Assembly: GCA_963835575.1 (NCBI GenBank)
Contig: CAWIGG010000002.1
Coordinates: 198,141-262,140 of the forward strand
DNA from: an uncultured Spirochaetota bacterium
Lineage (GTDB): Bacteria > Spirochaetota > Brevinematia > Brevinematales > JAOACQ01
DNA: 64,000 bases
Direction of reading: 5' to 3'
Positions 23,483 through 33,254 of the stretch are shown here, piece after piece. Both the position numbers and the translations under genes were made by a program. The notes beneath the pieces are model-generated. The model ran no database searches, was not told where the DNA came from, and saw only the letters and a program-made list of their open reading frames with translations. Each line of letters opens with the position of its first letter. Positions within the stretch are counted from its first letter, which is position 1.

Positions 23483-24355
23483 GTGCGCCCGGCAGGGCGC
23501 ACGTTCTTGCGGGTGAAAGTCCCGTATGCACCCGGTAAGGGGAATCCCTCACCAGTTTGTGAACTTCTCCGGGCAGCCGGACAAACTGGTGAGGGACAGA
23601 CGGCAAGGGTGTCCGCCGTGAGGCGGAATCTGAAGGAAGCTGCAGGCAAAGCACTGGTCTGACGAACAGAAACCGCATAGAGGCGGCACTGCTGGGTGAG
23701 ACGGCAATTATCGTTAAAGCCCGATACTTACACAGAAAGCAATGGCGTAGATGCGGCAGACATAAGTGTGAAGGAACGAGCGCATTACCCGGGGAGGTCT
23801 GACAGCCTGCCACATATTGGCTATTGTCATCGAAAGGTGATAAGAGGGGTTTTCAGAAGTCAGCAGAAGCCATAGTAACCTCTTGACCGGAGGCGAAGGG
23901 CAGAACCAAACTATAGGAGTACCGCTATGAATCCTGACACGGTAACTTACGCAGAAGCGGAAGGAAACTTTCCGGCTTTGACAAAGGATAGGGACGGAAT
24001 TCCGAAGAATAGCCAAAGCGCGTGTATCCGTGCAGAGAGTCAAAGAAGGAGTACACCGGATGAAACAAATTTAATAGAGCGTCTGGTCAAACGCGAGAAC
24101 ATGCTGGAAGCTTATCACAGGGTGGTAAGCAATAAGGGGGCGGCGGGAGTTGACGGAGTCACTGTAAAACAGCTAAAAGGCTTCATCAACAAACATATGA
24201 ACATCGCCTTTCCTAAGAAATTATTCGACAGTATGGGACTCGTATCGATGCTGAACAAGATTTGTATTTATCAGAAATTATATTTTGGAACCGCCGTATA
24301 CGGAACCGTACGTACGGTGGTGTGAGAGGTCGGCGGGTGTAAACCCGCCTCCTAC
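23483..24355 (+). mobile_element. Group II intron, bacterial class C-like, with internally deleted IEP ORF
   Basis: 5' GTGCGCCCGG. Domain V hairpin CCGCCGTATACGG-AAC-CGTACGTACGGTGG (24291-24320) with a CGC triad and 2-nt bulge. Short domain VI ending ...CCTAC. Residual RT ORF. Position directly 3' of a terminator stem-loop. Confidence 0.75.
23927..24325 (+). pseudogene. Remnant of the intron-encoded reverse transcriptase/maturase (N-terminal RT0 region fused to the extreme C-terminus)
   Basis: LIERLVKRENMLEAYHRVVSNKGAAGVDGVTVKQLKGFINKH joins directly to ...FPKKLFDSMGLVSML...GTAVYGTVRTVV. RT domains 1-7 and X are absent. Confidence 0.7.
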
Positions 24356-24437
24356 TCAATTATTTTTTCTACAGGAAGATAAGAATGCTCCGGATGTCTT
24401 TTCATGTAATCTATCTTAAAAAATTTCTGTTAAGCAA

Positions 24438-24510
24438 AAAAACCATACCCAAAGTACTGTCAAATCCATACTCAAGGTTTGCCCTGTTTTAAAAAGCGGT
24501 TATTTATAAT
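24438..24510 (+). promoter_or_regulatory. Twin direct-repeat promoter motif upstream of GH9 gene
   Basis: AAAACCATACCCAAAGT (24439-24455) and AAATCCATACTCAAGGT (24462-24478) in 23-nt register. TATAAT 24505-24510. ATG 24555. Confidence 0.55.
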
Positions 24511-24554
24511 ATTAACCTATATATAATGTGGAATAATATAAATTAGGAGGAAAT

Positions 24555-27182
24555 ATGAAAACTATGAAGAGAAGTTTGCCATTATTATCATTACTGGTAG
24601 TTGTGTTCTTCTTTTTAATTTCGGCTTCCTGCTCCTTGTCATTTAAAAATGATAATAATTCAGGCGGTTCTTCCGGATTGAACTCCAATCCGTTAAAAGC
24701 TACATCTTTTAATTATACCGACGCTTTCGCCAAATCAATCCTGTTTTATGAGGCCAACTGGTGCGGGCCTGACGCCGGTTCAAACCGCCTTCCATGGAGA
24801 GGTCCCTGCCACACGAGCGACGGCGCGGATGTCGGGCTTGATCTCACAGGCGGTTTTCATGACTGCGGCGACCACGTCAAGTTCGGCCAGACCCAGGCTT
24901 ACGCCGCGTCCACGCTGGGCTGGGCATATTATGAATTCAAGGATGTGTTCGTTTCCAAGGGCCAGGACGTTTATATGCTTAAGATCCTGAAGCATTTTAC
25001 GGACTATTTCCTTAAGAGCTTTCCGAACGCGAACACGTTTTATTATGAGTGCGGAGACGGAACGACAGACCACGCTTACTGGGGCCCGCCCGAATTACAA
25101 ACGACTGCTATTACAACGCGTCCCACTCTTTATGTCGCTAATCCGACAACGCCGGGTTCCGATGTCTGCGGCGATACGGCTGCCGCTCTCGCTTTGATGT
25201 ACTTGAACTATCTGGACAAAGATTCGTCTTACGCGAACAAATGCCTCACTGCCGCGAAAAGCCTTTACACGCTGGGCAAAACCTATTTAGGCCTCAGCCA
25301 GGCCGGCGGATTTTACGCCCCAAGCGGCTACTGGGATGAACTGAGCTGGGGAGCCGTCTGGCTCTATCTGGCGACAACAAACACCAGTTATTTGAACGAT
25401 GTGTTGACTTTCATGTCAAATAAGAATATTACCGATTCCAATCCCTATAACAATCATTGGACGCATTGCTGGGACGATGTCTGGGGAGGAGTATTCGTTA
25501 AAATGGCGCAGATCACAAACAGGCCGCTCTTTAAATCAGTTGCGGAAGAAAATTTGAGCTACTGGATGACCGGCCTTACCAGAACGCCCGGCGGGCTCTG
25601 CTACCTGAACTCCTGGGGCAACTGCCGGTATGTCGCGGCCGAATGTATGCTGGCCCTTGTTTATAACAAAACGGCAACCAACCAGGCATACGCCGATTTC
25701 GCTAAATCACAGATCGACTATATTCTGGGCAATAACCCGCATAGTTATTCCTATGAAATCGGGTTCGGGACAAGCTATCCGAAGTTTCCTCACCACCGCG
25801 CGGCCAGCGGGCGTTTTGAGCATCAGCCTGCCAATGAGTCCAAGGATGATCCGGAAAGGCACCTTCTCTACGGCGCTCTTCCCGGCGGTCCGGATTCCAG
25901 CGATAATTACACCGATGATGTGGAACAATATGTTTACACCGAAGTCGGGATCGATTATAACGCCGGTCTTGTCGGGGCTCTGGCTGCCCTGACGAAAACA
26001 TACGGCGCCTCCCAGAGCCCTGAGGCTACTCCCGGCATTGAATCTACCAACGCGCCATGTTATGTCACCGCTTATGTGATGAATGAGGCCTCCGACCATT
26101 CGACAATCAGGGCGTTTTTCCACAATGATTCCGTGCTGCCGCCTCATTATGAAAATCAGCTGTCCTTCCGTTATTTCTTTAATTTAAGCGAATATTTCGC
26201 CCAGGGTCTGAACGCCAGTGCAGTAACCTCATCCATATTCTACTCGGCCTTAAGCGGAGGGACCCTGACTGCCCCGACCGTATGGGATGACGCGAATCAT
26301 ATATATTATGTTGAAGCCAGCATTGCCGGATCAGATTTGTACGGCAAAGCCGAATTTCAGTTCTCGCTGGCGTCCTACGGCGCCGCTATCTGGGATCCGT
26401 CCAATGATTTTTCCAGGACTGGGCTTTCAACTGCAACTAATGACATAATAGCAACCAATATTGCTGTTTATAGAAACGGCGTCAAAATATTCGGGAATGA
26501 GGCGCCCAAGGGCGCCACTTCCAGCAGTACGGCGTCTTCTGCTGCCGTCAGCTCGAGCCTGGCCGCATCCAGTGCGGCTTCAAGCGTTGCCAGCAGTGTT
26601 GCCTCATCGGCTGCTGTGAGTTCGAGCCTGGCCGCATCCAGCGTCGCTTCTTCTGCGGCAGTCAGTTCGAGCAGGTCTTCCGCAGCGAGCAGCGTGGTAT
26701 CCAGCGCCGCATCTTCAGCGGCTATCAGTTCCAGCAGATCAAGCGTAGCATCTTCTGCAGCGGTTAGCTCGAGCCGGTCGAGCGTCGCATCCTCTATTGC
26801 TGTGAGTTCGAGCCTGGCCGCATCCAGTGTTGCTTCCAGCACAGCTGCTTCATCCGGCAGCGGATACGCTGTTAATTATACTGTTAATAATGACTGGGGT
26901 GCGGGCGCTACATGCACAGTGACAATAAAGAACAATTCTGCCACAGCCCTTTCGAGCTGGTCTCTTGTCTGGACATTTGCGGGAAATCAGCAGATCACTC
27001 AGATCTGGAGCGCTGCGCAGACAACCAGCGGCGAGACAGTTACGGCCGTCAATCTCAGCTATAACGGCACGATCGGCGCGAGCGGCGGGACTCTGAGCTT
27101 CGGATTAAATTTAAGCTACAGCGGAGCGAACGCAAAGCCGACGGCGTTTACACTGAACGGGACGGCATGCACACTCTATTAA
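24555..27182 (+). CDS. GH9 endoglucanase - CBM3c - Ser linker - CBM2-like; lipoprotein
   Basis: AGGAGG RBS. Signal ending SASC|S. GGFHDCGDHVKFG, YVYTEVGIDYNAG, LSFRYFFNLSEY. Confidence 0.9.
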   Translation: MKTMKRSLPLLSLLVVVFFFLISASCSLSFKNDNNSGGSSGLNSNPLKATSFNYTDAFAKSILFYEANWCGPDAGSNRLPWRGPCHTSDGADVGLDLTGGFHDCGDHVKFGQTQAYAASTLGWAYYEFKDVFVSKGQDVYMLKILKHFTDYFLKSFPNANTFYYECGDGTTDHAYWGPPELQTTAITTRPTLYVANPTTPGSDVCGDTAAALALMYLNYLDKDSSYANKCLTAAKSLYTLGKTYLGLSQAGGFYAPSGYWDELSWGAVWLYLATTNTSYLNDVLTFMSNKNITDSNPYNNHWTHCWDDVWGGVFVKMAQITNRPLFKSVAEENLSYWMTGLTRTPGGLCYLNSWGNCRYVAAECMLALVYNKTATNQAYADFAKSQIDYILGNNPHSYSYEIGFGTSYPKFPHHRAASGRFEHQPANESKDDPERHLLYGALPGGPDSSDNYTDDVEQYVYTEVGIDYNAGLVGALAALTKTYGASQSPEATPGIESTNAPCYVTAYVMNEASDHSTIRAFFHNDSVLPPHYENQLSFRYFFNLSEYFAQGLNASAVTSSIFYSALSGGTLTAPTVWDDANHIYYVEASIAGSDLYGKAEFQFSLASYGAAIWDPSNDFSRTGLSTATNDIIATNIAVYRNGVKIFGNEAPKGATSSSTASSAAVSSSLAASSAASSVASSVASSAAVSSSLAASSVASSAAVSSSRSSAASSVVSSAASSAAISSSRSSVASSAAVSSSRSSVASSIAVSSSLAASSVASSTAASSGSGYAVNYTVNNDWGAGATCTVTIKNNSATALSSWSLVWTFAGNQQITQIWSAAQTTSGETVTAVNLSYNGTIGASGGTLSFGLNLSYSGANAKPTAFTLNGTACTLY
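26517..26855 (+). repeat. Ser-rich linker-coding degenerate tandem repeat (longest, ~115 codons)
   Basis: TSSSTASSAAVSSSLAASSAASSVASS...SSTAASS, counted from the translation. Confidence 0.8.
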
Positions 27183-27208
27183 ATTTAAAATCTTTATTTT
27201 GATCTAAA

Positions 27209-27240
27209 TATACCGTCCTTCGTTATGAAGGGCGGTATAT
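27209..27240 (+). terminator. Hairpin terminator candidate
   Basis: ATACCGTCCTTC-gttat-GAAGGGCGGTAT; weak T tract. Overlaps the ORF-track start 27225, which I reject. Confidence 0.45.
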
Positions 27241-27263
27241 TTCCATACAGGGAGAAAAGTTTT

Positions 27264-29156
27264 ATGAACATGAGACAAAAATCACAATTATCAAAAAGTA
27301 TTATCCTGATTTTTCTGGCTTTAATAATGGGCTCCTGTACGGTTTTATCACCGGACCACGTTAATAGCGGCAGTCAGATAAATAATAATACTGAGAGAGC
27401 AACGGACATGAATAGTTTTGTCAAGACTTCCGGAACGCAGTTTGTCGTCAGCGGGAAAACTTTTTATTTTAACGGGGCCAACCAGTATTATCTGTTCTAC
27501 AAATCCCATGCCATGGTTACCGAGGTTATCACCGATGCCGCCGCTCTGGGACTTACCGTTATCAGGACCTGGGGTTTCTGCGACGGAGCGCCAAAGGACA
27601 ACAACTTCGGCTTCCAGCAGAGCGCCGGGGTTTATGATGAGGCGACATTCAAACAGATGGATTTTACGATCAATACCTGCAAACAATACGGCATCCGTCT
27701 GGTTATCCCGCTGGTCAATAACTGGGACGATATGGGCGGTATGGACCAGTATGTCATATGGGCAGGAGCTTCAGCTCATGACGATTTTTACACAAACGTG
27801 CAGTGCCGGACCCTTTATAAGAGCTATGTCAATTATTTTTTGAACAGGACGAATTCTATAACGGGAGTCGTGTATAAAAACGATCCCACCATCATGATGT
27901 GGGAACTGGCCAATGAGCCCCGCTGCGACAGCGACATGACCGGCATGAAGCTGAGCAACTGGATCAATGAAATGGCCGGTTATATCAAGAGCATCGATCA
28001 GAACCATCTGGTTTCGATCGGTTCAGAAGGATTTTTCAAGGGGGTCGGATACGGCTATCTTTATGACGGCTCTTCGGGATGTGATTTTGTCGGCCATAAC
28101 AGGATCCAGTATATTGACGCGTGTTCCGCTCATCTTTATCCATCCAGCTGGGGCATTTCCACGAACGATGCCGTCAACTGGATCATTATGGGGGCGACGA
28201 ACGCTCATGTCACAGTAGGCAAGCCGTATTATCTGGGTGAATTCGGTTATCCGGATCATACCGCGCGCAATCAGATTTATCAGGACTGGTACAATACGCT
28301 TTATGCTTACAACGCGGACGGGGCCATGTTCTGGCTTCTGAGCGGCCATCAGGATGACGGTTCCCTCTATCCGGACTATGACGGTTTTACCGTCTATTAT
28401 CCCCAGGACACAAATACATGCGCCGTTATATCGGCATACTCCGTCAAGGCAAACGCCGAAACCGGGCAAACCCCGGCTTCCGCGGCCAGCAGTACTGCTG
28501 TATCTTCTGTCAGTTCGAGCCGGTCTTCCAGCAGTGCGAGCAGCGCAGTTTCCTCGTCAGTCATTTCCAGCCGCTCGAGCTCGAGCGCGGCAATTTCATC
28601 GGCAGTCAGTTCGAGCCGGTCGAGCGTTGCATCCTCAATTGCCGTAAGTTCGAGCCATTCCAGTGCAGCTTCTTCTGCGGCTGTGAGTTCGAGCAGATCG
28701 AGCGTAGCATCTTCAGTTGCGGTAAGCTCCAGCCGGTCGAGCGTAGCTTCTTCAGCAGCAGTCAGCTCAAGCCTTGCCGCATCCAGTGTTGCAGCTTCTA
28801 GCGTGGCTTCCAGCACAGCAGTTTCATCAGGCAGCGGATATGCAGTTAATTACACCGTCAACAATGACTGGGGTGCGGGCGCAACATGCACAGTGACGAT
28901 TAAGAACAATAGCGCGACAGCCCTCAGCAGCTGGTCTCTTGTCTGGACTTTTGCAGGCAACCAGGCTATAACCCAGATATGGAGCGCCAGTCAGACTACC
29001 AGCGGTGAAACAGTGACTGCCGTGAATTTAAGCTACAACGGTACGATCGGCGCGAGCGGCGGGACTCAGAGCTTTGGCTTCAATCTGAGCTACAGCGGAT
29101 CCAATGCAAAACCGGCTTCGTTCACTTTGAATGGGTCGGCGTGCACGCTTTATTAA
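27264..29156 (+). CDS. GH5 (subfamily-7-like) beta-mannanase lipoprotein - Ser linker - CBM2-like
   Basis: ATG 27264 after GGGAGAAAAG. Signal ending IMGSC|T. FVKTSGTQFVVSGKTFYFNGANQYY, VIRTWGF, WELANEPRC, YYLGEFGYPD. Confidence 0.85.
   Translation: MNMRQKSQLSKSIILIFLALIMGSCTVLSPDHVNSGSQINNNTERATDMNSFVKTSGTQFVVSGKTFYFNGANQYYLFYKSHAMVTEVITDAAALGLTVIRTWGFCDGAPKDNNFGFQQSAGVYDEATFKQMDFTINTCKQYGIRLVIPLVNNWDDMGGMDQYVIWAGASAHDDFYTNVQCRTLYKSYVNYFLNRTNSITGVVYKNDPTIMMWELANEPRCDSDMTGMKLSNWINEMAGYIKSIDQNHLVSIGSEGFFKGVGYGYLYDGSSGCDFVGHNRIQYIDACSAHLYPSSWGISTNDAVNWIIMGATNAHVTVGKPYYLGEFGYPDHTARNQIYQDWYNTLYAYNADGAMFWLLSGHQDDGSLYPDYDGFTVYYPQDTNTCAVISAYSVKANAETGQTPASAASSTAVSSVSSSRSSSSASSAVSSSVISSRSSSSAAISSAVSSSRSSVASSIAVSSSHSSAASSAAVSSSRSSVASSVAVSSSRSSVASSAAVSSSLAASSVAASSVASSTAVSSGSGYAVNYTVNNDWGAGATCTVTIKNNSATALSSWSLVWTFAGNQAITQIWSASQTTSGETVTAVNLSYNGTIGASGGTQSFGFNLSYSGSNAKPASFTLNGSACTLY
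28476..28829 (+). repeat. Ser-rich linker-coding degenerate tandem repeat
   Basis: ASAASSTAVSSVSSSRSSSSASS... Confidence 0.8.
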
Positions 29157-29319
29157 GGGCAGTTCTAAAAACTCACATTTTTAGAACTGCCGACCTTGTT
29201 TTAGATCATGCGGCCGCTGAGTTCGCGCGGCGAACTCCACGCGGCAGCGATAGTTACAAAAACAAGGAATTTATTTTATAGGGGGCAGTTCCAAAAACTT
29301 AAGGTTTTTGGAACTGCCC
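29157..29319. mobile_element. MITE-like 163-bp insertion with terminal inverted repeats and TTAA target duplication
   Basis: TIRs GGGCAGTTCTAAAAAC / GTTTTTGGAACTGCCC. TTAA at 29153-29156 and 29320-29323. The paralogous empty site tatTTAAgtgaaatt is at 591-604. Confidence 0.7.
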
Positions 29320-29330
29320 TTAAGTGAAAT

Positions 29331-29356
29331 TTCCGGAAATATTTCCGGTTTTTTAT
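29331..29356 (+). terminator. Rho-independent terminator (displaced from its gene by the MITE)
   Basis: CCGGAAAT/ATTTCCGG palindrome followed by TTTTTT. Confidence 0.6.
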
Positions 29357-29503
29357 GATGGGATAGAAGAATATTTATAATGAGAAAAAGTTAATAATAG
29401 ATAAGTCATTCAGCCCTGTCCGGGCCGGTGCCGCATCCCCCCCCGACCGCGGTATTCGGTTCCGGACCGGGCGAAAATGACGGATAAAAAATGGAGGAAC
29501 ATT

Positions 29504-31288
29504 ATGTCAGGGAAAAAATCAGGAAAACTTTTCTGTCTGTTTTTAGCAGGCGTGTTTTTTGTTCTTCAATATGCAGGCTGTTCTTTACAGTTACCGCAGG
29601 ATTCCGGAACGCAGAGTCTGATGGTTAATCAGCCCAGAGCGACCGTCAGCAGTGTCGGACGTCTGACAGGCATCAACTGGTTCGGCTTTGAGACCAGCGC
29701 TTACTGCCCGCATGGACTGTATATCAGGGATTATAAATCCATGCTGAAACAAATCAAGGATCTGGGATTCAACTGTATCCGCCTGCCGTGGTGCAACGAT
29801 ATGCTGACTCAGACCACCCCTCCCTCGTCCATTCAAATCAACACAAATGAAAGAACGGATGCCTATACCGGCCTGCATAACCTGAATGCCGATCTCGCCG
29901 GTTTGTCCCCTATACAGGTCATGGACAAGGTAATTGATGAAGCTACCAGAGTCGACGGTCTTAAGATCATTCTGGACTGCCATTCGCATACTGTTGACAA
30001 CTATAATAATGAACCTTTATGGTACACATCATCCTGTTCAGAAAGTAAAGCGATTTCCGATTGGGTCTTACTTATTAACCGTTATAAGAATAACCCCTAT
30101 GTCTGCGGAGCAGACCTCAAAAACGAACCCCATGGCAATATGGGCTCATCCGGTATGAAGCCTCCCGCCACCTGGGGTTATGACGAGCCCGGTCAGGGAA
30201 CAACAGACTGGAAAGCGGCCGCTGAAAGGATCGGTACCGCCATCCTTAACGCCAATCCCAATATGATCATCATCGTGGAAGGCGTGGAATGCTATTACAA
30301 TTATCCGACCGACACAGTCACCAATTTCTTCTGGTGGGGCGGCGAATTATCAGGCGTTGCCGACCATCCTATCACCGCTATTCCTTCCGCTCAGCTAATG
30401 TATTCGGCGCATGAATATGGTCCTCATGTGTATAACCAGCCCTGGTTTCAGGATTCGACTTTCCCGAATAATATGCCGGCCATCTGGGACAAGCACTATT
30501 ATTTCATCAAGAAGAATGGAATCGGCTCTCTCTTCTTTGGTGAATTCGGTATTATGGAATCTGAAGTTGACGCCGGCGGCGTGGCAGCCACATGGTATAA
30601 GAACTTTATGGCTTATATCGGAACCGCCAACAGCTGGACATTCTGGTGCATCAATCCCGACTCAGGAGACACCGGCGGTATATTACAGAGCGACTGGGTT
30701 ACGGTAGAAACGGGTAAATATAATATATTAAAGCCTTATCTGGCCGCTCAATTCTCTCCTCTCGGCGGCGGATCAAGTTCATCTTCCTCCTCTGTCGCGG
30801 CGAGTTCGAGCCTGGCCGCATCCAGCGTTGCGTCTTCGGTAACAGTCAGCTCCAGCCGTTCGAGCGCCGCTTCATCTATAGCTGTCAGCTCGAGCCGGGC
30901 CGCATCCAGTGTGGCTTCCAGTGTTGCGGTTTCCAGTATAGCTTCCAGCACAGCCGCTTCATCAGGCGGTTACGCTGTTAATTACACAGTCAATAATGAC
31001 TGGGGCGCAGGAGCTACGTGCACAGTAACAGTTAAGAATAACAGTGCGGCGGCTCTTTCCAGCTGGTCTCTTGTCTGGACATTCGCGGGCAATCAGCAGA
31101 TTACGCAGATCTGGAGCGCTTCTCAAACGACCAGCGGCGAAACGGTAACAGCCGTCAATCTCAGTTACAACGGTGCGATAGGAGCGAACGGCGGGACACA
31201 GAGCTTCGGCTTTAATCTGAGCTACAGCGGTTCCAACGCCAAACCCGCGGCTTTTACTCTGAATGGGACAGCTTGTACAACTTATTGA
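29504..31288 (+). CDS. GH5 cellulase-type lipoprotein - Ser linker - CBM2-like
   Basis: ATG 29504 after TGGAGG. Signal ending YAGC|S. GINWFGFETSAYCPHGLYIRDYKSMLKQIKDLGFNCIRLPW, DLKNEPHG, FFGEFG. Confidence 0.85.
   Translation: MSGKKSGKLFCLFLAGVFFVLQYAGCSLQLPQDSGTQSLMVNQPRATVSSVGRLTGINWFGFETSAYCPHGLYIRDYKSMLKQIKDLGFNCIRLPWCNDMLTQTTPPSSIQINTNERTDAYTGLHNLNADLAGLSPIQVMDKVIDEATRVDGLKIILDCHSHTVDNYNNEPLWYTSSCSESKAISDWVLLINRYKNNPYVCGADLKNEPHGNMGSSGMKPPATWGYDEPGQGTTDWKAAAERIGTAILNANPNMIIIVEGVECYYNYPTDTVTNFFWWGGELSGVADHPITAIPSAQLMYSAHEYGPHVYNQPWFQDSTFPNNMPAIWDKHYYFIKKNGIGSLFFGEFGIMESEVDAGGVAATWYKNFMAYIGTANSWTFWCINPDSGDTGGILQSDWVTVETGKYNILKPYLAAQFSPLGGGSSSSSSSVAASSSLAASSVASSVTVSSSRSSAASSIAVSSSRAASSVASSVAVSSIASSTAASSGGYAVNYTVNNDWGAGATCTVTVKNNSAAALSSWSLVWTFAGNQQITQIWSASQTTSGETVTAVNLSYNGAIGANGGTQSFGFNLSYSGSNAKPAAFTLNGTACTTY
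30773..30964 (+). repeat. Ser-rich linker-coding degenerate tandem repeat
   Basis: SSSSSSSVAASSSLAASSVASSVTVSSSRSS... Confidence 0.8.
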
Positions 31289-31373
31289 TCAGAATAAAAA
31301 ATTCCGGTAAAAAGGTTGAGGCTTTCCCCGGCCTTTTTGCTCATCTCATAAATAAAAAAAATGGAGGAACATT

Positions 31374-33215
31374 ATGTCAGGAAAAAAATCAGGAAAATTC
31401 TTCTGTCTATTTTTAGCAGGCGCGTTTTTTGTTCTTTATTTTGCCGCTTGTTCTATACAGCCTGCACAGGATTCCGGGGCGCGTAGTCCGGCGGTCTTTC
31501 AGACCAGGGCGACAGTCACTGTCAATAACGTGGGAAGGCTGACCGGTGTGAACTGGTTCGGCTTTGAAACAGGGAATCTCTGTCCCCATGGTCTCTGGTC
31601 GAGAGACTACAAATCCATGCTCAAGCAGATTAAAGACCTGGGCTTTAACTGCATCCGTTTGCCCTGGTGTATTCCCGCGCTGACGGGAAGTCCGTCCAGT
31701 ATCCAGATCAATGTTTACGGGATAGATGCCTACACAGGCCAGACTAATTTAAATGCCGATCTGAGCGGTCTATCCTCTATTCAGGTTATGGATAAAATCA
31801 TCGAGGTGGGAACACAGACTTATGGCCTTAAATTTATACTTGACTGTCATTCGCTTGTCGCCGATCAATACCAGAGCGAACCGTTGTGGTACACTTCCGG
31901 CGTTTCGGAAAGCCAATGGATTTCCGCATGGACGACCATTGTCAGCCGTTATGCGAATAATTCTTATGTGATCGGATGTGATCTGAAAAATGAGCCGCAT
32001 GGCAATACCGGCACCGGCTATAAACCCCCTGCGACATGGGGATATCAGGCTTCCGGTTACGATGCATCGTCAAGTCCCACCGACTGGAAAGCGGCCGCTG
32101 AAAGGTGCGGTAAGGCGATTCTTGCGGTTAATCCCAATATCATTATCATGGTAGAAGGTGTGGAGCAATATAATAACGATTATTTCTGGTGGGGCGGCAA
32201 TTTGGAAGGAGTGGCATCAAACCAGATCAGCACTTCCAGTATTCCTGCAAGCCAGTTGATGTATTCCTGGCATGAATACGGCCCGGAGGTTTTCAACCAG
32301 TCCTATTTCACGAATTCCAGTTTTCCGAACAATATGCCCGCGATCTGGGATCAATTTTACTATTTTATCAAAAAGCAGAATATTGCGCCCCTGTATCTTG
32401 GGGAGTTCGGCATAACGGAAGCCGGAGTCGACGCCGGTGGAACTGCGGCGACATGGTACAAGTCTTTAATGGCGTATGTGGGCAGTAATGTCAACTGGAC
32501 GTTCTGGTGCATAAACCCTGATTCGGGAGATACAGGAGGCATCCTCCAGGATGACTGGGTCACTGTCAATACGGGCAAATACAATATTCTGAAGCCTTAT
32601 CTGGCCGCTCAATTTTCACCCCTCGGCGGCGGGTCAAGTTCATCTTCATCCTCTGTTGCAGCGAGTTCGAGCCTGGCCGCATCCAGCGCTGCGTCTTCGG
32701 TAACAGTCAGCTCCAGCCGTTCGAGTGCTGCATCATCAGTTGCTGTGAGCTCCAGCCGGTCAAGTGCAGCTTCTTCAGTTGCTGTGAGCTCCAGCCGTTC
32801 GAGTGTTGCATCATCGGCAGCAGTCAGTTCAAGCCTGGCCGCATCCAGTGCGGCTTCCAGCGCTGCGTCGAGCGCGGCTTCCAGCACATCCGGCGGTTAT
32901 GCCGTAAACTACAATGTCTCTAATGATTGGGGCACGGGCGCCACTGTCACGGTGACGATAAAGAATAATTCTGCCGCGGCCCTCTCGAGCTGGTCTCTTG
33001 TCTGGACATTCGCGGGCAATCAGCAGATTACGCAGATCTGGAGCGCTTCTCAAACGACCAGCGGCGAAACGGTAACAGCCGTCAATCTCAGTTACAACGG
33101 CATGATCGGAGCGAACGGCGGGACACTGGCTTTCGGATTTAACCTGAGCTACAGCGGCTCGAACGCCAAGCCGGCGGCCTTTACCCTGAACGGCACGGCA
33201 TGTACGTTATATTAA
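31374..33215 (+). CDS. GH5 cellulase-type lipoprotein - Ser linker - CBM2-like
   Basis: TGGAGG RBS. Signal ending FAAC|S. GVNWFGFETGNLCPHGLWSRDYKSMLKQIKDLGFNCIRLPW, DLKNEPHG, YLGEFG. Confidence 0.85.
   Translation: MSGKKSGKFFCLFLAGAFFVLYFAACSIQPAQDSGARSPAVFQTRATVTVNNVGRLTGVNWFGFETGNLCPHGLWSRDYKSMLKQIKDLGFNCIRLPWCIPALTGSPSSIQINVYGIDAYTGQTNLNADLSGLSSIQVMDKIIEVGTQTYGLKFILDCHSLVADQYQSEPLWYTSGVSESQWISAWTTIVSRYANNSYVIGCDLKNEPHGNTGTGYKPPATWGYQASGYDASSSPTDWKAAAERCGKAILAVNPNIIIMVEGVEQYNNDYFWWGGNLEGVASNQISTSSIPASQLMYSWHEYGPEVFNQSYFTNSSFPNNMPAIWDQFYYFIKKQNIAPLYLGEFGITEAGVDAGGTAATWYKSLMAYVGSNVNWTFWCINPDSGDTGGILQDDWVTVNTGKYNILKPYLAAQFSPLGGGSSSSSSSVAASSSLAASSAASSVTVSSSRSSAASSVAVSSSRSSAASSVAVSSSRSSVASSAAVSSSLAASSAASSAASSAASSTSGGYAVNYNVSNDWGTGATVTVTIKNNSAAALSSWSLVWTFAGNQQITQIWSASQTTSGETVTAVNLSYNGMIGANGGTLAFGFNLSYSGSNAKPAAFTLNGTACTLY
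32634..32891 (+). repeat. Ser-rich linker-coding degenerate tandem repeat
   Basis: SSSSSSSVAASSSLAASSAASSVTVSSSRSS... Confidence 0.8.
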
Positions 33216-33254
33216 AATCCGTTTCAAAATAAATTGATAAGGAGGAAAATTTTT

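Noticed and set aside
23381-24043. Four overlapping ORFs (93, 138, 68 and 109 aa) on both strands at 23381-24043.
   Set aside because: They lie within the structured domains I-III of the group II intron RNA. They are Arg/Pro/Cys-rich with no RBS and no recognisable motifs, so they are GC-rich RNA-coding sequence read as protein.
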